64,000 nt of DNA from Octopus vulgaris (Eukaryota): positions 51,088,001 through 51,152,000 of the forward strand of contig OX597823.1 in assembly GCA_951406725.2 (NCBI GenBank). The letters are read 5' to 3'. The notes under the pieces are model-generated. The model was not told where the DNA came from, searched no databases, and saw only the letters and a program-made list of their open reading frames with translations. Position numbers and translations under genes: made by a program. How positions within the stretch are numbered: the first letter of the stretch is position 1; every line of letters starts with the position of its first letter. Shown here one piece after another: positions 1 through 11,900 of this stretch.

Positions 1-131
1 TGTGTCTGCGATTGTGTCTGCGATTGTGAGAGAGAGAAGAGGAGGAGAGAAAGACGGAGAGAGAACAAGAGAGGGAGGAAAAGCGAGAGCGTGGTAGGGG
101 ACGGTGTACGTGTGTATGTGTGTGTGTGTGC

Positions 132-165
<34 letters not shown>

Positions 166-586
166 AAGCGTGTATTAGCCTATTACTTCAGCTTTAACAA
201 ATTTGTTGAATAAATAGGCTTTGAATAAAGAAACGTTGCTTGTTTTGCATCAGTTTTATAATTGTTTTAGATAAAGACGATGATTTCTGAATATATCATA
301 CGTTGCGAAATAACTTGTATTTTACGGGTTGTACTTATTAATCAAATGGCTTGCTCTGAGGTCGCGCGTTAAAATCGAAGCAATTGGGTATCGTTGCTCT
401 TCAACGACGCCATCTGTTTTAGTTTTATTTATTTATTTTTCATTTTGTTTAATGTCTTCGCAAGCGCCCACACCAAAACTTCATTTAGATTTTTTTCTTG
501 TTTTTTTTTTTTTTGGAAGCATTCTATTACACTCCACAAAGAATTACTTGCGATTAACAAAGAAAACAATTAAGCAATATATTTCA

Positions 587-921
587 GTCGTGATGGCGCT
601 GGCTTAGGAGTTAGCGTATCCAACTCACGGACGTAGGGTCGTGAGTTCGATTCCCGGTGACGCGTCCAGATCTTGATCTGGACAAAGACGCATCTAATTC
701 ACATTACTCAGGTTCACTCAGCTGACAAAAATAGGCTGTACCTGTATTTCAACGGGCCAGTCTTGTTACATTCTGTGCCACGCTGAATCTCTGAGAACTA
801 TGTTAAGGGCACGCGTGTTTGTGGAGCGCTGAGCCCCTTGCATTGAGCCCCTTCACGAGCAGGCTATTCCATATAACGGATCAACTGGAACATTCATTGT
901 CCTAATCGACAGAGTTCCAGT
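587..921 (+). mobile_element. tRNA-derived SINE
   Basis: tRNA-like head GGCGCTGGCTTAGGAGTTAG (A box) ... GAGTTCGATTCCC (B box), followed by a ~260-bp body; flanked by the 9-bp direct repeat TATATTTCA (578-586, 922-930). Confidence 0.75.
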
Positions 922-1261
922 TATATTTCAACCCAAGATTTACCAAAATTAAAACTTTTTTCCAATATTTTTCAATCAGTAAAACAATTTAATGCTAAAT
1001 CATGTTATAATTTCTAATATTAGTATACCACAGTAATCTCCCATTTTAAGTTTTGAGATGTTATTCCACTGCAAGGCAGAAGTTGTCAAACCCTTCAAGG
1101 ATGCTTTTCGATATATCATCCTTGATTTTTCCTGTTGTTGTATCAGATCCCCTCACCGACGAGAGAAAATCCCAGTGGGTGATCCAATTCCTATTTGCTA
1201 AGGAGAACATAGCAATAAAATGGTTAGACATTTCTTAATTTATCAGAATTGTTACAGGTAG

Positions 1262-1430
1262 TGAACAGGCAGAATCTTTAGTTAGCGCATCGGACATTCT
1301 GAGTTCAAATTCGGCGAAGGACTTGCATTTTTCGAGTTCGATGAAATAAATAGCAGTTGAGCACTGGGGTTGATGTAGTTGCCTTACCTCTTTCGCTAAA
1401 ATTGCTGGCCATATGCCAAAATTTTAAGTA
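1262..1430 (+). mobile_element. degraded SINE family A copy
   Basis: GGCAGAATC...TTAGC, CTGAGTTCAAATTC B box and CAGTTGAGCACTGGGGT match the intact copies at 4608-5713. Confidence 0.65.
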
Positions 1431-1588
1431 TTGATCAGAATCATTAGAACTTCAGCTGAAACGCCATGGGGTAGTGAAAAGAAAAGGAAAAAACACAGAC
1501 GCTTTATATTCTGAGTTCAAATCCGGAAGTCAAAGAAATACAGTCAATGGACTGTAACATAAAAACAAATATTATAAGCTTTAAAAAT

Positions 1589-1795
1589 TTTACTCTTTAC
1601 CATTCAGATTGGTCTGTCAAATGTAATGCTTATTCATTCACATCGTTTTGAAATAATCATGTATTATCTCGAAGCTTCAACATGTGATTGTTTATTTTGT
1701 AAGGTAAGTATAAGAGACCAGATCTAGCAGGTTTCAATATAAAACAAATAGAATATGTGAACCTGATATGGCCTGATCAAATGCTAAACGGTTAA
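1589..1795. mobile_element. short MITE with TTAA-type ends (piggyBac-like)
   Basis: Imperfect terminal inverted repeats TTTACTCTTTACCATTC / AAATGCTAAACGGTTAA; non-coding interior of ~200 bp. Confidence 0.45.
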
Positions 1796-2280
1796 AATAA
1801 GTAAACATTTGCTTGGGCGTAGCGAATATATGGGTATGAGTTATTGCATTTTAACTTATACCGACTTAAAGAGTATGTTTAGAAGTAGTACTGAGAGAAT
1901 AGTGTTTAAACATATACCGAACACATGCCGGTGTGATTCTTTCTCTTATGAAAACAGAAAGTAAAAACTCAAAAAGTGACGAATATTTTTCCACTCTGCA
2001 ACGAATAAACTATTTTCTTATGATTAATATAATATTCGTCGCCACTGAAAAGCGGTGTGAAAGATCGGATCCACACCTAATAATATAGATTATGAAATTC
2101 AGTTTCTTTGTTATGGCTTTATTGAAAATAAAGACATCGCTACTAATAATTGGTTTCCGACTTTACGAGGACTTGAAAATTGTGGAAAAGGAAGTTAGCG
2201 GCGAAAAGATAACTATTCTCATTCAAAATATATATTCAACCACATTTATGTGCCATGCCCTACGTGTATGTATGCTTATA

Positions 2281-2291
2281 CACACACACAT

Positions 2292-2350
<59 letters not shown>

Positions 2351-2391
2351 CACATACGTATGTATATTTACATGCATATATATATATATAT

Positions 2392-2471
<80 letters not shown>

Positions 2472-2496
2472 TACATACATACATATATATATATAT

Positions 2497-2546
<50 letters not shown>

Positions 2547-2652
2547 TATATATATATATGTTTATATGTGTATTTATATTTATGTATGCATGCATTTATA
2601 AGTAAGTATAGATATGTCTATACATATACACACACAAATACAACCATACACG

Positions 2653-2686
<34 letters not shown>

Positions 2687-3329
2687 CATATATTTTTGCC
2701 GTTTATACATCCTCGTACCTCACTCAGGCACACACACACGTACGGTTGCACACTCACTCATTCTTTCACACTATATACAGATATAGGTCTCGCATGCGTG
2801 AGCGTGCGGGCGTGTGTGTGTTTCACTGGTACGTTTAAGTGATTGTGCGTAAGGAATCTCCATGAGTACTTTCCGCAAAATAATTCCTCACAGAGTGACG
2901 ATATAACGGTATAATCAAATTGAAGTAGAAGCTAAAGAAAGCAAATGACTCAGTGCAATGGCAAATTTCATAGTTATGAATTATATATATATATATATAT
3001 CCGACTAAGTATATATATACATACATATATTTCCAAGTAAGTAAAGATATATATATATATATATATGTATATATAGGTGTGTGTGTATACATACATATAT
3101 GCATAGCATGTATATTCATATACGGACACACATATATATATATAAAGAGAGAGAGAGAATGAGAGACAGATACATATTTTTATACGTATATATATGTATA
3201 TACACACATTTATATGTACATATATATTTATATATGTATGTATGTTTACACTCATACACACACATATACGTGTATATATATATATATATATATATTTTGT
3301 ATAATGTATATGTATACATTTACACATAC

Positions 3330-3361
<32 letters not shown>

Positions 3362-3500
3362 ATAAATATCCATGTATACATTCATGTGTATATGTGTGTG
3401 TGAGTGTGTGTATACGTGTATATATATATATATATGAATATACAAATATACGTACATACATGTGTGGGTGTGTGTGTGTGTGTTTATTTGTGTGTGTGTA
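2281..3500. repeat. compound (CA)n/(TA)n/(TACA)n microsatellite block
   Basis: Directly visible dinucleotide and tetranucleotide runs; source of the [12 protein letters not shown] pseudo-ORFs. Confidence 0.95.
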
Positions 3501-4607
3501 AGTAGAATAAATTATTGGTAAACAAAAAGAGCAGCATCGTCGTTCAGCTGTGGGTGTGATAAAAATACTAGCACATGGTGTCTTTGATAAAGAGTAAGTA
3601 TAGTGGTTAGTACGGAGCAGTCTGTGGAGGCAAATAGTTTTATCTTATTTTCAGCATTACGGTTTCATTGACTGGGAGCGAAATTCATAAATAATTCGAT
3701 ATCTTCAGAGAGGAGAAATGATCACATTATGCACTGTCCGCGCTTAATCACATTTTTTTCTCTGGCTACTTCAATCATAAATGTATTATTACCATTTTAG
3801 GTGACAGGGTGAGTGTTAAAGCCTGGTTGGTTGGTTGGTGAAGGATGGCATTTCAGTTTTTCAATGTAGCGGCATGACTATGCATGCTGGCGTCAGAGTA
3901 AAATATATTTAAACACCAGGTTGCCCGATATTCAGGACACTCCTAAATTAGATCATCTATTTCTATTTTTTTCTATTTTTATTTTTATTTTGTACTATTA
4001 GTGTCTTCTGTACGAACAAACATAACAGCTTCTGACAGAGATGTGCTTTTTGATATTTTCAAGAACAAGAAATAAGGTGTTGGACTGTTCACGCCAGTAC
4101 TAAATATTATTAAATGCAAAGGTAAAAAGAACTGGTTCCCACATAGGAATGGTAAACAGATCATGGTTCACGAAAGCAAACTAGAAACTTCAAGCAGTCT
4201 TATAATAATTCTGCTTGTTATGGATATTTCTAGGAACAACCCTTTATCTAGCAGAGCTATGATGAGAAATATTTCTAACCGTGACCATCTCGGCTTTTCC
4301 TTTAGAGTGGGTAGCATGTATTTTGAGTAAAACATAACTGATATTTCTATAAGTTTCAAAAGGCAACGTGCAAACTCGCAATAATGCGGATTTCTTAAAT
4401 ATTCACAAAAGCAGAATGGGATAATGTTTGAATGACGATGAATTAACAACGAATTTATATATTAGGCAGGCATGTATTTTGTCGACATTAGAGGGATAGA
4501 AACAGAAGTTAACTCCAGTTAGAGTTGATTTCAGAGAGTAAAAGTATCTAGGCAATTCGTGTGTCTCTCGAGCGAGATTTTTATCGACCATAATAGTCTA
4601 TAATATT

Positions 4608-4822
4608 CTTTTCTACTCCAGGCTCAAGGCCCGACATTTTTAGGGAGGGGACCAGTCGATTAGATCGACACCAGTACGCAGCTGGTATTTAATTTATCGA
4701 CTCCGAAAAGATGAAAGGCAAAGTCAACCTCGGCGGAATTTGAACTCAGAATGTAAAGACAGACGAAATACTGCTATGCATTTCGTCCGGCGTGCTAACA
4801 TTTCTGCCAGCCCGCCGCCTTG
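4608..4822 (-). mobile_element. full-length SINE family A (tRNA-derived)
   Basis: Minus strand begins AAGGCGGCGGGCTGGCAGAA and has the GAGTTCAAATTCC B box; perfect 16-bp TSD AATAGTCTATAATATT at 4592-4607 and 4823-4838. Confidence 0.9.
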
Positions 4823-4850
4823 AATAGTCTATAATATTATTTTGCTTCTG

Positions 4851-5713
4851 AAGGCGGCGAGCTGGCAGAAACGTTAGCACGCCGGGCGAAATGCGTAGCC
4901 GTATTTCGTCTGTCCTTGTTTGTTCTCTCTGTGTTTTTCCCCTTGTGGGTAGTAAAGAAATAGATATTTCGTCTGCCGTTACATTCTGAGTTCAAATTCC
5001 GCTGAGGTCAACTTTGCCTTTCATCCTTTCGGGGTCCATAAATTAAGTACCAGTTACGCACTGGGGTCGATGTAATCGGCTTAATCCCTTTGACTGTTCT
5101 TGTTTGTTCCCTTTATGTTTAGCCCTTGTGGGCAATAAAGAAATAGGTATTTCATCTGCCGCTACGTTCTGAGTTCAAATTCCGCCGAGGTTGACTTTGC
5201 CTTTCATCCTTTCGGGGGTCGATTAAATAAGTACCAGTTACACACTGGGGTCGATATAATCGACTTAATCCGTTTGTCTGTCCTTGTTTGTCCTCTCTGT
5301 GTTTAGCCCCTTGTGGGTAGTAAAGAAATAGGTATATCGTCTGCCGTTAGTTCTGAGTTCAAATTCCGCTGAGGTCGACTTTGCTATTCATCCTTTCGGG
5401 ATCGATAAATTAAGTACCAGTTACGCACTGGGGTCGATATAATCGACTCGATCCCTTTGTCTGTCCTTGCTTGTTCCCTTTATGTTTAGCCCTTGTGGGC
5501 AATAATGAAATAAGAATCGTTAGCACACCGGGCACAGTGCTTAGCGACATTTCGCCCGCCTTTAGGTTCTGAGTTCAAATTCTACTGAGGTCAATTCTCA
5601 CTTTTCGTGGGTCGATAAAATATGTACTAATCAAGCACTGAGGTCGATGTAATCGACTTACCACTCCTTCCCCCGCCCCCATAATTGCTGTGTTTGGGCC
5701 AAAAGTTGAAACC
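4851..5713 (+). mobile_element. composite/tandem SINE family A array (~185-bp period)
   Basis: One head AAGGCGGCGAGCTGGCAGAAACG, then repeated bodies containing TTCTGAGTTCAAATTC at ~4984, ~5168, ~5351, ~5567; flanked by AATATTATT(T/C)TGCTTCT at 4833-4849 and 5714-5730. Confidence 0.9.
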
Positions 5714-6243
5714 AATATTATTCTGCTTCTTACGGCATGTGTTCGAGGGTTACACTTTCGAAAACATTAACCATTGAACGAAATCGAACTCGGTAACTGA
5801 CATTTTTAACATAATGAAATAATGTTGGGTAAATCTATGCATTAAATCCACGGCTCTTTTTTTTATATATATGGTACATCACACAGAAGCAAACTTTATG
5901 GTTGGGTGGGAGGATATGAACCTGCACCTTGACAAATACTTATTTTACTGAGTCTAGATTAATAAACTCATAGATTTAGAGCCAATGCGCAAGCAGGTCT
6001 ATTTATAAATCACAAACATTTCATCCGACAAACATTTCGTCCGTAGTTGACCTATCATAGCTTGCACTGTTCTCGTAATAGCTTGTAGGTTTAGCACGAA
6101 GTCATACTTTTTGTGTACGTATGTATGCGTGGGTAACGCCAGATTCGATTGCATCGATGTTTTATGTGTTTCCATCGGTATATTATAGACCTCGGAATAG
6201 AGAGAAAGATATAAATAAAAGCGCGATTTGAATACATTGCTAA

Positions 6244-6695
6244 CCTAAATATATATACATATAAAGCTGAAATTGTCTGTGTGTGTGTGTGAGGTTTGGT
6301 AGCCTTCAACTAACACAATCTCCTCCGAGACCCTGCGGCGCAAGTTGACCAAAATTGAGAGTATGATAGAAGAATGCTTGCTCTTCATTCTGTAGCAGAA
6401 AAAATTCAAATCGGACCATGTTAAGATAAAAAATTATTTACATCAAAAAGGTGCTTTTTTTCTATGAAAATCCCTATTTTTTACGGTTTTTTGACTGATG
6501 TGTCGCCATATTTCGGTGTATTTCAACAAGAAAAATGTTTTCTCAAAGAGAATAAGTAGCTACATAATGCAACATTTTTACTGTTCAAAACAGATTGAAA
6601 CTATGTCAAAACTTTGTTAACGCGACATCAAAGTCTGCCGTTTTAAGCGCAACTAAAAAAAACGAACCAGAGCAACGCCCGACTATACTGCTGGT
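6244..6695 (+). mobile_element. non-autonomous Helitron-like element
   Basis: 5' end CTAAATATATATACATATAAAGCTGAAATTGTCTGTGTG; 3' GC-rich GAGCAACGCCCG followed by ...CTGCTGGT (degenerate CTAG-T); same architecture as 44060-45241. Confidence 0.6.
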
Positions 6696-6813
6696 ATATT
6701 TTAAAACGATTCGTAACGAATACCACACACCGCTGTCCGTCCACATCATTGCGTTGCTTCTTTCATTTCAAACTCAATACCATTTTTTAAAAATTGATAT
6801 TCTATTATATACT

Positions 6814-7012
6814 AAGGCGCTGAGATGGCAGAATTGTTAGTACGGCGGACAAAATGCTTACCGGCATTTCGTCCGTTCTCATTTTCTGAGTTCAAATTCT
6901 ATCGGGGTTGACTTTGCCTTTCATCCTTTCGGAATCGATAAAATATGTGGCAGTTGAACCAACTTCCCCCCTCCCTCGAAATTATTTGCCTTGTGCCAAA
7001 AATTAGAAACCA
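6814..7012 (+). mobile_element. SINE family A
   Basis: AAGGCGCTGAGATGGCAGAA head, B box, GACTTTGCCTTTCATCCTTTCGG core, GAAACC tail. Confidence 0.85.
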
Positions 7013-7205
7013 GTGTTCTGTTACATATTTATTTTACTGATTTACACTTTGCAGTCATTGAACTGCGACTTGATGGTGCTCTGCCTTCTCCAAGGTGTCG
7101 AACATCGGGACTGAATCCGCAATAACATGGCTTTAAAACGACTTTTTTTTTTCGCCACACAGGCATGTCTGTGCCTCTTAGTGTAATCTATCTTAGCATT
7201 TAACC

Positions 7206-7436
7206 TATTTCTTTACTACCCACAAGGGGCTAAACACAGAGAGGACAAACAAGGACAGACAAACGGATTAAGTCGATTACATCGACCCCAGTACGTAACT
7301 GGTACTTATTTAATCGACCCCGAAAGGATGAAAGGCAAAGTCGACCTCGGCAGAATTTAAACTCAGAATGCAGCGGCGGACGAAATACCTCAAAGTATTT
7401 CGCCCGGCGTACTAACGTTTCTGCAAGTTCGCCGCC
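7206..7436 (-). mobile_element. SINE family A, young subfamily with ...AAAGAAATAGGT tail
   Basis: Near-identical to units of the 4851-5713 array; 18-bp TSD CTATCTTAGCATTTAACC at 7188-7205 and 7437-7454. Confidence 0.9.
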
Positions 7437-7604
7437 CTATCTTAGCATTTAACCGGTATTCATATATGATCGAGATGACAAAAAAAAAAAAAAAAAGAAA
7501 AAAATATTGAGCATCTTTGCTGAAAACACTGGAAACAATCAGCTGTCTTCTTTTAGCCAGTGAGCTTTAGTTTAAATTTATGACAAATTAATGACAAAAA
7601 TATT

Positions 7605-7791
7605 GGTTTCAAATCTTGGTACAAGGCTAGTAATTTCAGGAGAGGAGCGAGGCGATTCCATTGACCCCCAGTGTTCGACTGGTACTCATTTCATCGACTC
7701 CGAAAGGAATGAAAGGAAAAGACAACCTTGGTGGAATCTGAATTCAGAGCGTAAAGACGAAGGAAATGCCGCTTAGCATTTTACTCCGCCT
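7605..7791 (-). mobile_element. SINE family A (older)
   Basis: Homologous to 4608-4822; flanked by AATGACAAAA(A)TATT at 7590-7604 and 7797-7810. Confidence 0.8.
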
Positions 7792-8553
7792 GAATCAATG
7801 ACAAAATATTAATTCCTAGTGATGCTTTGAATTGTGTGAAGTGACTGGAAAATTAAACAAATTTATCTCTTTTTATCTGCAGCACATTTACATCGGTATG
7901 TATTTCGATTTTCTTCATATATATATATTGTATGAATGCGTGTGCGAGTTCGTGTGTACGCCTGTGTGTACATGTGTGTGTGTGTATAAAAATGCACCAC
8001 CTGAATACGTTATCATAATCCAAATGCAGAGCAAAGAGCAGCAAGATATAAATTAATAAATAAAATTGCGCACCACTATCAGTGGATCTCTTTTCCCTTT
8101 TTTTTTCTCTCGGCAATTCTTCAATTTAAAAGAACAGAGGCGTTGGGGGTGGCGAGAAATGGGAAAATATATGGTTTTATGTTATGGAATGCAAAAAAAA
8201 AAAAAAAAAATGAATTCTGCTTAAAATAATTCTTTTGATGATGAAATATGGCAAGTGTGTTATTGTTTGGAGGCAGTTGGGCTTTGAATAAGCAAAGCTA
8301 TTTGATTAAAAGTATTTCAGCTGTGACCAGTTTATTCTGTAACAGTCGATCAATGCCAACATTGTGCAACGCATATCGTTTAAAGCAGTGATTATCAAGC
8401 GTTTTTTTTTTTTTTTACCATGGATTCATCTGATTCCTATTTTAGTTAGGATGGTAAGGGGTCCTTCATACTCGTTCGATGTCTAAAAACTCCTACTATG
8501 TTTTTATGATTAAATATTATTAGGAATTGTATATAAAGAAAATTGTTAAAATA

Positions 8554-8948
8554 TTAGGTTGGCAACTAAATTACCGCCGTTTTTTAAAATTTTAATTTTT
8601 TAAAAGGTTTAATAAAAAATAACAATTAATTAATCAATAATGTATTCACCCTTATTGTTCACAACTTCTTCCCAATGTTCAGCAAGATTTTCAATATCCC
8701 GTTGGTAGAAATCACCTGATTTCGATTCGAAAAATTGATCCAACCAAGCTCTCAATTCTGCATCAGTATTGAACGAAACTCCGAGCATGAAATCCGTTGG
8801 TGTCAAATCAGGAGAGTACGGCGAGTGTGGCAGCTCTTCCCAGCCATGCGTTTGAATTGGCTGCCTTGGTCATATTGGCGATATGAGGGCGGGCGTTGTC
8901 GTGCAGCAGAAGAACTCCATGCTGACGATTAGGTCGTTTCTCTTGAAT
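8554..8948 (-). mobile_element. mariner 3' fragment (transposase C-terminus + TIR)
   Basis: TA|TTAGGTTGGCAACTAA terminus; the minus strand reads, across frameshifts, VLLLHDNARPHIA...WEELPHSPYSPDLTPTDF...WEEVVNNKGEYIID*, which are the mariner HDNARPH and YSPDLAP motifs. Confidence 0.9.
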
Positions 8949-9170
8949 ACATACGCACATACATACATACATACATACATACAGACATACATGCATACAT
9001 ACATACATACATACATACATACATACATACATACATACATACATACATACATACATACATACATACATACATACATACATACATACATACATACATACAT
9101 ACATACATACATACATACATACATACATACATACATACATACATACATACATACATACATACATACATAC
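8949..9170. repeat. (TACA)n microsatellite
   Basis: ~55 nearly perfect TACA units. Confidence 0.97.
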
Positions 9171-9310
9171 ACGACGGCCTTCTTTCAGTTTCCGTTAACG
9201 AAATCCACTCACAAAACTATAGTTGGCATGAGACTAATAGTAGAAGACACTTGCTTAACGCGCAACGGGACCCGGAACTCTCGAGTGATAAACTTCTTAC
9301 CACAGTGCCC
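9171..9310 (-). mobile_element. SINE family B 5' half
   Basis: ACGACGGCCTTCTTTCAGTTTCCG...TAGTAGAAGACACTTG matches the 5' half of the full copy at 44290-44760. Confidence 0.8.
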
Positions 9311-9430
9311 TGCTTTTTTAGGTACAATATGAAACGCCTTTCTTGGTAATGAATCTGGTGTCACGGAAGAATCTTGAGATTATTTCTCGTCAGTTGTGAT
9401 TCGTTAAGGTCATCACAGTTTAGCAGTCAT

Positions 9431-9702
9431 TTTCTTTTTTCTTTTCTCGCCCTTTTCAAGCCTAGCCCGGCTCATGAGCCCAGTCCATCGCAGTGTTACT
9501 CAAAAACAGGAAGAGAGAGTGAGAGAAATTTGTGGCGAAAGAGTACAACAGGGGTCGCCGCCCCCACCTCCGGCCGGAACCTCGTGGAGCTATTTAGGTG
9601 CTTTCGCTCAATAAACACACACAACGCCCGGTCTGGGAATCGAAACCGCGATCCTCCGACCGCGAGTCCGCTGCCCTAACCACTGGGCCATTGCGCCTCC
9701 AC
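9431..9702 (-). mobile_element. SINE family C (tRNA head, V-domain-like segment)
   Basis: Minus strand GTGGAGGCGCAATGGCCCAGTGGTTAGGGC...GGTTTCGATTCCC; contains CTGCGATGGACTGG; TSD TTAGCA(G/T)TCAT at 9420-9430 and 9703-9713. Confidence 0.88.
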
Positions 9703-11834
9703 TTAGCATTCATGACTGACTACTAAACAAACTACGGTTGTCACTAGTAACCGAAAACCAGCAAGATTTGGTAGAAATCACACGATTTCGACTCGAAAAA
9801 TTGTATCAAGATTTCGTTAATTCTTTCAGGTGTCCTTGTAGCTGCAATGAAACAAGCAAATGTTTAACCGTTTCGCTCTTGATCAAATGGCGTATTCACT
9901 GTATGGCATCCGAAAGGAGAAAGAGCAGCACAAACCTCCGGCTGGTACTTCATTTATTGACCCCCAGAAAGATGAAGCATATGGTTGGTCTCGGTAGGAG
10001 TTGAATTCACAGCTCAGTGAGTCGCACCAGATATCGCAGTTGATTTTTGATGTAAACATCTTCATAACTAGAACCATTGTTATATATATATTTTTTCTTT
10101 GTATTGCTGAAATAGTAATTTTAATCGTAAATATTTTCAACTTCTGAAATGGCGCCAAATTCATATAAGAATATCAAATTGAAAATGTTTCTAGCGATAT
10201 AATGAATGTTAGTATAGCAGAGTGATAACACACAGAGTTTTAAAAAAAAAGCCGACGTATCTTTCTAAATCTGATTCACAAATTGTCCTTTTTTCAGAAT
10301 ATTATTATAAATGAAAATCTGAACGATTACTCTGAAATGTGAATTATCTCAATATCAAGATCGTTGAGATATCCAATTAACGCAGTTCCGACAAATTTAT
10401 AGAAAAGAGTCGAACACTCCTATACTTCATAATTGAAGGGGAAAAAAATAAAAACGACGGATAAATCTCCCAGTTTCGGTACAAAAATACGAGATAGAAA
10501 AAATTAGCGAAAATTCGTATTTTGAATATAGAATCCATTTCTCAGCTGATCATTAATTGTATTCCATTGTTTTTTTATTACTATTTTTTTTTTACTTATT
10601 TCCAGATGTTATTTGATATAGATTTGTAAATGTTTGTCTCTAGCACCATCACCACCACCACCACCACCACCACTGATCTAGGTGGAAGTGAAAACGATAC
10701 TTGCCTCCTCTCAGAGTGATTCACAGGAAGCCTGAGATGATTCTGTAATCCATGACCTAGACGACCTTATGTTTAGCAAGCCGAGATGTTGATTTGATTC
10801 CATGCCGGTGCAGTTAACGTTAGTAGGGAGAAAAAAGAGCAGTAAGTGTAGTCTGGCAATTCTCTTGAGAACTTATTTCATCATTGTGGCAAGTGGCCTT
10901 TGTACAGCAAGTGAATATTTTCTACGGCATAGCTTCGATAAAAAGGGCTGGCACTGCAGAAAAGGGAGCAGAAGGTTATCATGTGGAGCCGGGGCAAAGA
11001 GAAAGGGGAAAGGATGGGAAAGGAGAACAAAAAATTGTGGTTAGAGGAAGATAATATATACGTGTGGTATGAGTGTGTGTGTTTGTGTGAGTACATAGCG
11101 GAAGTGCGGAAAAGAAAGCTCCGGGGAGAAGGAAGGAGAGAAATATTCACCTTAGAGCAACGATGGGGGGGGGGGGGAAAGACAAAACAAAAAAAAATAA
11201 AGTAAAACAGTAATTTGAGCAGAAAAATGGAAACGAAACAGAAAAAAGCAATAAAATGTGAGAAAAGCAAAGTTGTAAGCTGGGGATGAGAGTATGAGCT
11301 GAAGGCTTAAAGAAAACGAGAGAAATAAATACAAAAATATAGAAAAATGGAAGGGAAAAAATAGTGAAAGAAAACAACTCCTTCGAAATATAGAGAATAT
11401 AAGAGGACTGATGGTGAGGTGAAGGAAAGGCTACGGCTAATAGAAGGGGGACGTGGACGACTGTAATATGGCTGACCTTTCGCTTTACGACGATGAGGCG
11501 CTTTCTAGTCGCTATGCCATCTCCGATGATACGGCTCGACACACACTTGAGACAAAGTGGACACTGTCGCTCCACCATTGGTGCCAACATACACAAATGA
11601 CATCTCTCTTGCAGAATTCTTGGTGGTTGCATCAAAAGCGTATAACATACTACAATGTTGTTTTTTTTCCCTTCACTTTTTCTCCCACTTTCCTTTTTAA
11701 CATACCTATTTTTAACATTTCCTTTTCGCCTTCGTATTCCTTTTTCTGGCTTTATTCTCCCATTTCTTTTCCCTCTTTTCTGTTTTGAGCCATTTATTTA
11801 GCCGTTTCTTTTTCTGTTGCACTAGGTTCTTTAA

Positions 11835-11844
11835 TGTGTGTGTG

Positions 11845-11900
<56 letters not shown>

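Noticed and set aside
4851-5713. CRISPR-like or satellite array
   Set aside because: There are no unique spacers; the units are SINE bodies also found dispersed in the window
9630-9702. tRNA gene (also 39860-39934 and 595-665)
   Set aside because: The tRNA-like heads run into SINE bodies bounded by TSDs, and the acceptor stems are not intact
10644-10676. Poly-His after an AG acceptor-like site
   Set aside because: It is a (CAC)n repeat, and all three frames stop within about 25 codons
11147-11635. 162-aa ORF with two CxxC pairs (CHLC, CPLC)
   Set aside because: It starts at a non-ATG codon in the track, its C-terminal half is low-complexity pyrimidine tract, and it matches no zinc-finger spacing I recognise; kept only as part of the island finding
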